Assembly: GCA_025924215.1 (NCBI GenBank)
Contig: JAICEJ010000003.1
Span: forward strand, 1-38,580
Reading direction: 5' to 3'
From: Candidatus Binatia bacterium
GTDB taxonomy: Bacteria; Desulfobacterota; Binatia; UBA9968
DNA length: 38,580 nucleotides
Shown here: piece by piece, positions 27,843-36,400 of the stretch
Numbering within the stretch: the stretch's first letter is position 1
Layout: each line of letters starts with the position of its first letter
Made by a program: the position numbers and the translations under genes
Notes under the pieces: model-generated
The model's database searches: none
Told to the model about the DNA's origin: nothing
Seen by the model: only the letters and a program-made list of their open reading frames with translations

Positions 27843-28244
27843 TGTGATTCCTCCTGTTTTTTGTTCATTCTTCTGGTGATTAGCAAAACACTCGACCAGC
27901 CGGCGCAACTCGTCCAAGTGAAACGGCTTGCCTAGCACTCGGTCACATCCGGCAGCGATCCAGAGATTTTTCTCCCGAATTGAGCCCATCGCCGCCATGG
28001 CTATCACCGGGATATCGGTGAAGCGCGAACCGCTCTTGAACTCGCTAAGCAACGAAGAAGCTCCACTGCCTGAAATCGTTACGTCGAGCAATATCAAATG
28101 GGGCCTTTGCCGCTCGAGCTGTAGCCAAAAATCCTCCTGGCTGTTTGCTGCCGACGCGCGCCAACCGCATAGCTCCAAGTACTTCACGATAAGTTCGAGA
28201 AGATCCTGATTTTCCTCGACGACGAGGATGCGAAAAGATTTCAC
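27843..28244 (-). CDS. Degenerate receiver (REC) domain that reads in-frame into the BON gene
   Basis: GTG 28244 after GAGGTG; ILVVEEN, LILLD, PVIAMAA (no Thr/Ser) and GKPF; no stop codon before the BON start. Confidence 0.7.
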
Positions 28245-28322
28245 GATACTTCACCTCGGCAGTCCGAAGCTCCGGATGCTGCGCAAACATATTGCTATTC
28301 GCTACTTTAATGTATGGCCGCC

Positions 28323-28487
28323 TCAAACCCCTGAGCGGCGACCCATTACTAAACTGACGACAAACAAAACTAGGAATACTACAAACAGGATCCAGGCAAT
28401 CTGTGTCGCCGCTCCGGCGATTCCGGTGAGTCCCAGAACCCCTGCGATTAATCCGATAATTAGAAAAGTGATTGCCCAACTGAGCAT
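28323..28487 (-). CDS. DUF1328 (UPF0391/YtjA) small membrane protein, 54 aa (not in ORF track)
   Basis: [54 protein letters not shown]; RBS GGAGGAGG. Confidence 0.95.
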   Translation of the reverse strand: MLSWAITFLIIGLIAGVLGLTGIAGAATQIAWILFVVFLVLFVVSLVMGRRSGV

Positions 28488-28643
28488 GGCTTTATCCTCC
28501 TCCGCGTATTAGGCGGGTTTGAAAAACACAATATTAAACCGTTCTCGTGTTGAAGCTGTTCGTGCTTTCAGAAATTTCCCTTCTACATTCTCGTAAGCCC
28601 AAGAATCCCGGTGACGATTAAGTAAATAGCCACGACATAATTC

Positions 28644-28659
28644 AGCAATCTGGGCACCA
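28644..28659 (-). promoter_or_regulatory. sigma54 -24/-12 promoter
   Basis: TGGTGCCCAGATTGCT, 156 nt before ATG 28487. Confidence 0.55.
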
Positions 28660-28736
28660 GCAAAATAAGGATTCCGGCAATCAAGGCGATCAGCGGCTGC
28701 AAGGAAATGTAAAACTGCATCGATGATTCTCCTTCG

Positions 28737-29348
28737 TCACTCGGACCGTTTGAGAATTCGCGTTAATTCGAATCGATTCTCGCCTAGGAAGATGCCTTGA
28801 AACCGAACAAAATCGCCGGAGCGCAATTGGCTAAACTCTTCCTCAGTGATTTCAGTAGAATTCTGCGGCAAATACACGCTGGTCGAAGCGGCCGAGGAAG
28901 TACGCAGCTCGATGATCCGGCGATCGCTGAGCACCCGCTCAACGGTCCCTTCGACGATAGCGTCGCCGTTTCCACGTTCACGCAAGCTGATCGAGTCCGC
29001 CACCACGCGCCCGTCGGCTGTTCCATGCATCCGAACCTCGATCGTATCGCCGCGACCGAGTTCGGTGGGAGAAATTTCCTTTCGCTCGACGACGACCCGC
29101 GTGTGATTTGTATACGTGACAATCTGGCTGTGCCCTTCTTGGGTGCGTAGGTAAAGCTCGCGACGGCTATGGTCCAGCTCCTCAATCGTGCCGTTAAACT
29201 CGACATTCTCGCGGCGGGAGTGTGCGTCCAGTGCTGGTCGCCCCACCAAGGCAAGCTCTTCACAGCCCCAATGGATCATGGGCATTGCCGAAACCGCAGC
29301 TAGAGTGAAAATCGCGCGAGGCGTCGTTAGCGCGGGTTGTGGTTTCAC
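28737..29348 (-). CDS. Probable lipoprotein with two OB-fold-like (DUF5666-like) repeats
   Basis: GTG 29348 after AAAGGA; HWGC lipobox-like; repeats GT(I/V)E.....R...LRT...LxxGDx(I/V). Confidence 0.65.
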   Translation of the reverse strand: MKPQPALTTPRAIFTLAAVSAMPMIHWGCEELALVGRPALDAHSRRENVEFNGTIEELDHSRRELYLRTQEGHSQIVTYTNHTRVVVERKEISPTELGRGDTIEVRMHGTADGRVVADSISLRERGNGDAIVEGTVERVLSDRRIIELRTSSAASTSVYLPQNSTEITEEEFSQLRSGDFVRFQGIFLGENRFELTRILKRSE

Positions 29349-29362
29349 GTGCGCGTCCTTTG

Positions 29363-30058
29363 CTAACGCAATTTTTCTAACTGCGCGATACGATCTTCCG
29401 TGGCTGGGTGGGTAGATAGAAAGCCGCCGCCACCTCCACCTCCCGAACTTCGAGAAACCCAATTTAGCGCATTGATCAAAACATCTTTGGAGTATCCGGC
29501 GCGCCGCAAGATTTCGACACCATGTCTATCCGCAGCATACTCTTCGTTCCGGCTATAGCCACGGGCGATGAGACTGCCGGCGATCGGCGTCACCGCGCTG
29601 CTGCCCGGTATGAGCTGCTCAAGAAGTATCACTCCCAAATTCAAGCCGACGCCAAGACCCTGAGCTTTGGCGACATGGCCTAAGTCATCATGAGCGATTT
29701 CGTGGGCCATAATGCCACGCAACTGTTCGTCGTTGGCTTTTTCTAATAGACCGGTGGTCACGTAGAACTCCCCACCGCCGGCGTTCGCTGCATTGATGTC
29801 GGCTTCATCGATAATGCCGATCCTCACATCTTTTGGCGATTTCGGACGATCCATATTCTTTAGCAGCGGTGTCATGATGCGGTAAAACCGCTCCGCTTGC
29901 CGAGAATCTATTTGGCGTGTATTCGCCGGCTGACGCCGATCATCGTTCCTACTGTCGCCCCGCGGCGCTGCGCCATCCGCGACAACGCAACCTGAGATCA
30001 AGGTCGCGACAATCGCTATTGGGACGAGATAGAATTGTTTTATCGATTTCACGATCAA
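29363..30058 (-). CDS. M48 family zinc metallopeptidase lipoprotein
   Basis: LISGC lipobox; NAANAGGG..YVTTGLL, HEIAH, YSRNEEYAAD and FLSTHP..EDRI. Confidence 0.92.
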   Translation of the reverse strand: MIVKSIKQFYLVPIAIVATLISGCVVADGAAPRGDSRNDDRRQPANTRQIDSRQAERFYRIMTPLLKNMDRPKSPKDVRIGIIDEADINAANAGGGEFYVTTGLLEKANDEQLRGIMAHEIAHDDLGHVAKAQGLGVGLNLGVILLEQLIPGSSAVTPIAGSLIARGYSRNEEYAADRHGVEILRRAGYSKDVLINALNWVSRSSGGGGGGGFLSTHPATEDRIAQLEKLR

Positions 30059-30066
30059 GAGCTCTG

Positions 30067-30291
30067 TTAGTAAATGATCGATCCTCTTTCTATTTGCTTT
30101 TTGCGATCTTCATACTCTTCGCGCGATATTCTTCTTTTTTGGAAATCTTCATCCAAGCGATCCATCTGCCGTTTCGCCTGTATCTCATAACCCGCGCCCG
30201 TGGCCACCGCTCCAGTCGCTGCTCCACCAAGAAACGCACAACTCGATTGTGTTAGCCCCAATAACGCCAGTAATAGTAAATAATTTCGCAT
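30067..30291 (-). CDS. Small lipoprotein with a SHOCT-like C-terminus, 74 aa
   Basis: MRNYLLLLALLGLTQSSC, Gly/Ala stretch, ISREEYEDRKKQI; RBS AAGGAAGG. Confidence 0.75.
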   Translation of the reverse strand: MRNYLLLLALLGLTQSSCAFLGGAATGAVATGAGYEIQAKRQMDRLDEDFQKRRISREEYEDRKKQIERGSIIY

Positions 30292-30334
30292 AAACCTTCC
30301 TTTCGTTTGCACCCGATGTCGAAAAGGTACAAAG

Positions 30335-30350
30335 AGCAATGGATGTGCCA
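30335..30350 (-). promoter_or_regulatory. sigma54 -24/-12 promoter
   Basis: TGGCACATCCATTGCT (full TGGCAC-N5-TTGC consensus), 43 nt before ATG 30291. Confidence 0.85.
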
Positions 30351-30422
30351 CAACTGGGAATTCTATTCGGAAGTTCAATTAAGCCTAGTGCGAAGACGAA
30401 AACTAGACATCCAACCGTGCTC

Positions 30423-30472
30423 CGTCTTGAAAGTGGAACAAACTGAAAGCCAATTAGCGCAGTTGTGGGACG
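30423..30472. promoter_or_regulatory. Putative enhancer palindrome pair
   Basis: CGTCTTG-AAAG-TGGAACA (30423) and TAGCGCA-GTTG-TGGGACG (30455), 32 bp apart. Confidence 0.5.
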
Positions 30473-30622
30473 GATTTAATATGCCGCTGCTGGATAGGCG
30501 CAAATCTGAATCACCGATGCGATTTCCGAGGGCCCTACTTATCCTTGAAACGTGCCAAGAGAGAGTTCCGGGAACGCGTTCTAACTGTTAACAGCGAGTA
30601 TACCGAGCCTTGTGTACAACGC

Positions 30623-30658
30623 AAAAAGGCTTCTCACCTCCCGGTGAGAAGCCTTTTT
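30623..30658. terminator. Bidirectional Rho-independent terminator
   Basis: AAAAAGGCTTCTCACC-TCCC-GGTGAGAAGCCTTTTT, a perfect inverted repeat downstream of the OMP gene. Confidence 0.9.
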
Positions 30659-30694
30659 ACATTCGTGGTATCTCTTTAGATGGCGGAAGAAAGG

Positions 30695-31252
30695 TTACGG
30701 TCTTCTCGTGCCGGCTCCGGAACCGCCCCACGTAAAACCAACGCCGATATTGAATATATGGTTGCCATTGTCCGATTCATTATTGATGCGCTCGAACTTA
30801 TCCCAAAACCATTCGTACCGGTAACCAAGATTTACGAAAGTCTGTTCATGAACGAATAGTTTGACACCGACCTGGGGGCCCAGAGTTCCGGTGATGTCGT
30901 CATCGTTCCACGCTGCACCAATGAAAGCGCCGAGATAGGGAACGATGATGTCGGTCACTCGAAAATGATAATTAATGAAAGGCGCGGTCGTGGCGATCCA
31001 TTGATCACTGGCATCGTCTACGAAGAGGTAATTGAGCGCCTGTCGAAAGCCTAATTGCCATCCTGGACTGAGATAATACCCATAGCTCAAATCCAAGTTT
31101 AAATTGCCGAAGTCAGTATCTTCGGCATGAAAAAATCCGCCCGATACTTGAAGCTCACTAGCGCCCTGTCGGGGTGCGGCAGCGACAGGCGCAACTCCAG
31201 CGAGCGAACTGATCAAAGCCCAACTCACTAGAGACAGGAAAACTTTTTTCAT
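30695..31252 (-). CDS. Small outer-membrane beta-barrel protein
   Basis: Signal peptide; alternating amphipathic strands (YGYYL, VPYLGAFIG, LGYRYEW, FNIGVGFTW); RBS GGAGGT. Confidence 0.85.
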   Translation of the reverse strand: MKKVFLSLVSWALISSLAGVAPVAAAPRQGASELQVSGGFFHAEDTDFGNLNLDLSYGYYLSPGWQLGFRQALNYLFVDDASDQWIATTAPFINYHFRVTDIIVPYLGAFIGAAWNDDDITGTLGPQVGVKLFVHEQTFVNLGYRYEWFWDKFERINNESDNGNHIFNIGVGFTWGGSGAGTRRP

Positions 31253-31289
31253 AGAATACCTCCAACTGATAAAATTTGAAGCTTTTGTG

Positions 31290-31305
31290 AGCAATGAAGA
31301 TGCCA
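31290..31305 (-). promoter_or_regulatory. sigma54 -24/-12 promoter
   Basis: TGGCATCTTCATTGCT, 37 nt before ATG 31252; 14/16 identical to the 4581 promoter. Confidence 0.8.
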
Positions 31306-31367
31306 ACTCCGCGAAAAGACTAGCGCCTTGTAAATACAGAACTAATACAATGTAAATGCCTTAACGG

Positions 31368-31418
31368 TGTCCGGCAAACGCTACTGTGTATTGCTTCGCC
31401 TGTATTGTGAACGCTACA
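31368..31418. promoter_or_regulatory. Putative enhancer palindrome pair
   Basis: TGTCCGG-CAAA-CGCTACT (31368) and TGTATTG-TGAA-CGCTACA (31401), 33 bp apart. Confidence 0.45.
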
Positions 31419-31617
31419 CTTCGGGCAACCACTGAGATGCAAAATACCTGCGTCTCGTCTTGGTCTAATGCGTACAAACCATACGCATGCCACAAGCAGC
31501 GGCAATGATTACCAATCTTTACGCGACTGTCGTTTGGGATTATCTATGTTTTCACGAGGCGTAAGTTGTCCATACTATCACAATTACAAAAAGTCAATCC
31601 TAAACTGAGGTGTCGGC

Positions 31618-31767
31618 TCAGATTGAACTTCGCCCTTGAATCAATTGAATCAACAACACCACCACTGCGATTACCAAAAGCAGATGAATGAAGCCGCCAA
31701 TGGCGTAGCCGCTAACAAAACCTAGTGCCCAGAGAACGAGAAGTACCACGAATATGGTCCAAAGCAT
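31618..31767 (-). CDS. lmo0937-family (DUF5670) small membrane protein, 49 aa (not in ORF track)
   Basis: MLWTIFVVLLVLWALGFVSGYAIGGFIHLLLVIAVVVLLIQLIQGRSSI; RBS AAGGAGG. Confidence 0.93.
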   Translation of the reverse strand: MLWTIFVVLLVLWALGFVSGYAIGGFIHLLLVIAVVVLLIQLIQGRSSI

Positions 31768-31811
31768 GATCGCCTCCTTGGTTTTAACCTTGTTGTATCG
31801 TGGATGCCCAT

Positions 31812-31827
31812 CGCATAGGACATGCCA
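31812..31827 (-). promoter_or_regulatory. sigma54 -24/-12 promoter
   Basis: TGGCATGTCCTATGCG, 44 nt before ATG 31767. Confidence 0.7.
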
Positions 31828-31848
31828 ATAACCAACTGACTCTAACCG

Positions 31849-33114
31849 CTATGCTGAGCCATCTGGATTCGCTAAATCTTTGAGAGTGACCGCTGCCAAA
31901 TTTTCGTGAATGATTGCCTCACGCCTTCGCAGAAATTCTGCTACCGGATCGCTGTTATCGCTGCCGGGATCAGCCGGGCCATGCAGAATGTCGAGAATTT
32001 CCGTTGCCGGTATCTGTTCGGGGGGTCTCGCTAGACTGACGCCGGCGGGCTCGGCGGACCTCAGGACCAAGCCGCGGCCGATGTATTTCTCCAGCAAACT
32101 GTCGAGTTGGTCGGGCGGCACTCCGAGCGCGCGGCTTAAATTTTTTTCCGTTGCCGGAGGCTTGCCGGTAATGAATCGCTGGCCAATCTCACACATCAAT
32201 GTTAAGGCCAATTGTTCTTCAAACAGGTGACCCTGCTTCGCCGCAGCAGCGCCCGGCAGGTAAACCGAGGAGTGTTGATGTAGATAGCCGACTTGGGCGC
32301 CGATCAGGATTACCAGCCAGGCCGCATACAGCCACACCAAAAAGACCACTAGAATCGCGAAGCCCGAATAGATCGCGGCATAGCTCACCGAGTTAACGAT
32401 GAATGCGGTGAAAACGATACTCATCAACTGCCACAGAATTGCCGCCACCCCGGCGCCGATCATCGATGAACTCAGAGGCACGTGCGTGCTAGGCATAAAC
32501 TTATAGAGAAAAGCGAATGCCGCCCAGAGAAATAATAATGGCAGAAAGCGCGTTAGCAGCGCGAACCTGAGGCCAAATACAGTCGTGTCCACCAGCCGTT
32601 GCACGAGCCAGTAACTCTGGGCCGACGCAATCACGGCAAAAGCGGCGAAGATGAGAACCGGACCGACCAATAGCAGCCCCATGTATTCACCGTAGCGTCG
32701 GGTCCAAGTGCGGGATGGCTGTGCTCGCCAGATCTGGTTCAATGCTTCCTCAACCGTGCTTACGAGATAAATCACCGAATAAAATAGCCCTGCGACACCA
32801 ACGGCGCCGAGAACATCGACGCGAGTATTGTCGACGAACCCGATCAAGCGGCGAGTGATCTCAATCCGCTCCGGTCCGAGAGGGGCGAGAGCTTGAGTCA
32901 AGAATGGCTCGATCAACTGCTGAACGCCGAAAGCTTTGAGCACAGAAAACGTCACCGCGAGAAGCGGCACCAGAGACAGCAATGTCGCATAGGTTAAGCT
33001 TGCCGCACGCAAGCCCAGCATATTCTCGTAGTACTTGAGAAAAAGCAGGTGGAAAAATTGCGCGGAACGTATCCGCAGCGGCTTAAGCACCCGCAAAAAC
33101 GAGCGCACTTTCAA
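31849..33114 (-). CDS. YihY/BrkB (UPF0761) membrane protein with a C-terminal winged-helix-like extension
   Basis: RAASLTYATLLSLVPLLAV, ALNQIW, YAAIYSGFA...LVWLY..W..IL.GAQV; start uncertain. Confidence 0.9.
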   Translation of the reverse strand: MKVRSFLRVLKPLRIRSAQFFHLLFLKYYENMLGLRAASLTYATLLSLVPLLAVTFSVLKAFGVQQLIEPFLTQALAPLGPERIEITRRLIGFVDNTRVDVLGAVGVAGLFYSVIYLVSTVEEALNQIWRAQPSRTWTRRYGEYMGLLLVGPVLIFAAFAVIASAQSYWLVQRLVDTTVFGLRFALLTRFLPLLFLWAAFAFLYKFMPSTHVPLSSSMIGAGVAAILWQLMSIVFTAFIVNSVSYAAIYSGFAILVVFLVWLYAAWLVILIGAQVGYLHQHSSVYLPGAAAAKQGHLFEEQLALTLMCEIGQRFITGKPPATEKNLSRALGVPPDQLDSLLEKYIGRGLVLRSAEPAGVSLARPPEQIPATEILDILHGPADPGSDNSDPVAEFLRRREAIIHENLAAVTLKDLANPDGSA

Positions 33115-33189
33115 GCTTCTCCCCGGTGCGGATTAGGCAATCGACGCGCGGCGCAACTATGCCTCAGATAGAACATAAGAGGGAGAAGC

Positions 33190-33205
33190 GGCAAAAAATA
33201 TGCCG
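33190..33205 (-). promoter_or_regulatory. sigma54 -24/-12 promoter
   Basis: CGGCATATTTTTTGCC, 75 nt before the YihY ORF. Confidence 0.7.
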
Positions 33206-33420
33206 GTTGGTGACTTAGTCGACTGGGCGCAGCTCTTCATCGCCGCAATTTGATCGGAATTAGAGATGTCCCAAAGATGACTTGGCGATTCACCGACGGT
33301 TTTTTATCTGAGCAACGGATTTATTCCCCGTGCAGGATCGGTTCTAGGCAGGGGAACGCGAACGATAGATGAAGGGGCGAGTGCTGCCGAGATCATACCA
33401 AGCTTAGGGTAGACAGAGCC

Positions 33421-36400
33421 TTACAAACGTCTGTCTTGAGCTAAGTTAACCGCAATCAGCCTGTCGACTTCTTTGATATCGAAAGGCTTCATCAGATAAT
33501 CGTCAAAGCCAACTTGGCGCGCGCGTAGACGCTCTTCGTAACCATGGCCGGACAAGGCCACAAATACAGTTCCCGCGAGTGACTGGTTCGCTTTGAGCCG
33601 GCGGAACACCTCATACCCGCTGATGTCCGGCAGGCTGATATCCAACAGCACAAGATCCGGCGCAAACTCTCGTGCAACGCGAATCGCTGCATGTCCCGTC
33701 GAAGCGCTGCGGACCGTATGACCCTCCAGTTCAAGCAAACGGCTGGTCGCATTCAGTGCCACCGGACGATCATCGACCACCAAAATGCGCCAGTGCTTTG
33801 GCGTTGAGGAAGCCGTCAAAGAATCGTCAGCAGCCGCAGTATCCGGGCCCGGTTGAGGCTCAATTAAGCTCAACGAAGCTTGATCAGGGACCGGCTTGGC
33901 GGTGTAGCGCGCGATCATAGATAGCAGTGTTTCGAATTCGATAGGCTTCGGGAGGTAGTCATCGCAACCGGCCTTTAAGCATTTCTCTCGGTCACTGGGC
34001 ATAGCCGCTGCAGTTACGGCAATCACTGGTTTGCGAAATCCCAACTGCCGGATTCGGCGAGCAACCTCATAACCATCGAGCCGCGGCATTTGAATGTCCA
34101 AAAGAACCACATCCAAGTCATCCCCGGCTTGCTGAACCACCTCAAGCGCCGCCTCGCCGCTATCGGTCAAGGTCACTCGACCCCCGGCATCTTCGATAAA
34201 ACAGCCCATGAGGCGGCGGATCTCCGGTTGGTCTTCGCAGATCAAGACCCGCGCAGCCATCTTCTCGGCGAACAATCGCGCCACGCCGCCGTTCTTCTGG
34301 ATCATCGAAGAAGCGTAGGAGGCATTGGAGAGCACTTGGACTGGAATCGTCACCCGGAAGGTGCTGCCGCGACCACATAAACTCTCGACCGCAATAGCAC
34401 CGCCGAGAGCGCCAACCAAACGCCTCGTAATTGCCAATCCGAGGCCCGTGCCGCCATAAACTTTCGTTACCGAACTATCGCCTTGTGTAAACGGACGAAA
34501 TAAGTTTTGCTGCTGTTCTTCGGTCATACCGATACCCGAGTCGCTAACTTCAAACTGCAGCTGCGACTCCGCTCGTAGAAACCGCACGGCAAACTCGACC
34601 TTGCCGTGATCGGTAAACTTGATCGCGTTGCTCAATAAGTTGATCAGAATCTGGCGCAATCTTTTCGAATCGCTCTCGATTTTTTGCGGAATAAACCCGT
34701 CGTATTTTAAAAACAGCGGCAATGCCTTTTCTTTCGCATTCACTTCCATGAGCGCGTAAACTTCGCTTAAAAAAGCCGGCAAATAAATCGTTTCTCGATC
34801 AAGCTCGACACCCTGTGCCTCAATTTTGGCCAGGTCTAGAATGTCATTGATGATCTGCAACAGATACTGGCCGCTTTGCTTGATCGTGCGCACGCAATCG
34901 AGATCGTTGGGATCCTTCAGGCGGTTCAATAAGATTTCAGCGTATCCCAAGACTCCGGTGAGGGGACTGCGAATCTCATGACTCATGTTGGCGAGGAATT
35001 CACTCTTGGCGTAGCTCGCCGTATCGGCCGCCTCTTTGGCATCTATCAACGCCTGCTCCACCTGCTTGCGGCCCGTGGCGTCACGCACCAGACCGGTGAA
35101 GAATCGGCGCGGGCCGATCATGGTCTCGCTAACCCCTAAATCCACCGGGAACTCGCTGCCGTCCTTGCGCCGGCCCCGCACCTCGCGGCCAACGTCGATC
35201 ACCTTGCGTTCTCCGGTCCGGCGATAGTGATTCAAGTAGTCGTTGTGTTCGGACCGGTAGGGTTCGGCCATGAGCATTGAGAGATTGCGCCCGATCAGTT
35301 CGCGCGTTGAATAACCGAACATCTTCTCGACGGCTGGATTGACGGAGGCAATGATGCCATTCTCATCAATGGTGATGATTCCATCTACCGCAGTCTCAAC
35401 GATGGCTTTTAAATGAGCGGCCGCCTCAGCCACCGCCTGCTCCGCTTCCTCAAGAATTGTGATGTCTCGATTGACCTCGAGAATGACTTCGCCATCGGGC
35501 CGTGCGATCCGCTGCTGCCGGCTGAGAACTGCCACCTGGCCGCCGCGTTTGTTGACATGGCTGATCCGCCCTTCCCATTCGCCTTCACGGCGAATTTGAT
35601 CTTCGATCTCCTGCAGGGACACCGACTGGCTAGTTTTTAGTAGATCCTGCATCGACCGACCAGTGGCCTCCTCGGCGGAATAGCCGTAGAGCTTTTCAGC
35701 GCCTTCATTCCAGTACTCGATACCGTGAGCCACGCTCCAGACGCTGATCGCATCCAATGACAGATCCAAAAGCCGCGATTGCTGCTCGCGCTGTTGCTCG
35801 ATTCTCTTGCGCTCGGTAATATCTCGCGCAGTCACAGACACGCCGATGACTTCTTGATCGACCTTGATCGGTGAGATGGTTAAAGACACGTCAACCCGGC
35901 TGCCGTCCTTACGCCGGCGTACCGTCTCCAGCTGATCGATAGCTTCGCCACGTCTCAATGTTTCCGTTATTTGCGCCGATTCATCCGAATAATCTGGCGG
36001 CACATAAATCTCGGCAGTCTGACCTAACGCTTCCTCTGCCGCCCAGCCGAAAAGTTTCTCTGCCGCCCGATTCCACGTGACGATCTTGGAATCTCGTGAG
36101 AACGAGATGACGGCGTCCTGGGATGATGTGACGATGGCGGCGAGATGAGCGAGGCTCTGTTCCCATGATTTGCGGTCATGGATATCCAAGCTAGTGCCGA
36201 ACCAGTCGGTAATCAGGCCGCCCGCATCCTTGACCGGAAGAGCTTTCGCGATAAACCAGCGATATTCGCCATCGTGACGCCGGCAACGCAACTCCATCTC
36301 GTAACCATCCCCTCGAGCGACAGCCTGATCCCATTTTGAGAGCGCCTGCTCCCGATCTCCCGGATGTAGCGCGTCCAACCAACCAACACCGAGCGCCTGC

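Noticed and set aside
19330-28692. IHF-like AATCAA half-matches near promoters (about 19331 and 28678)
   Set aside because: The TTR part of WATCAANNNNTTR is missing.
5320-33114. Extended N-termini in the ORF track (5320, 9888, 10247, 15703, 29462, 30378, 31306)
   Set aside because: Downstream starts have strong RBSs and signal peptides, and several extensions run through the predicted promoters.
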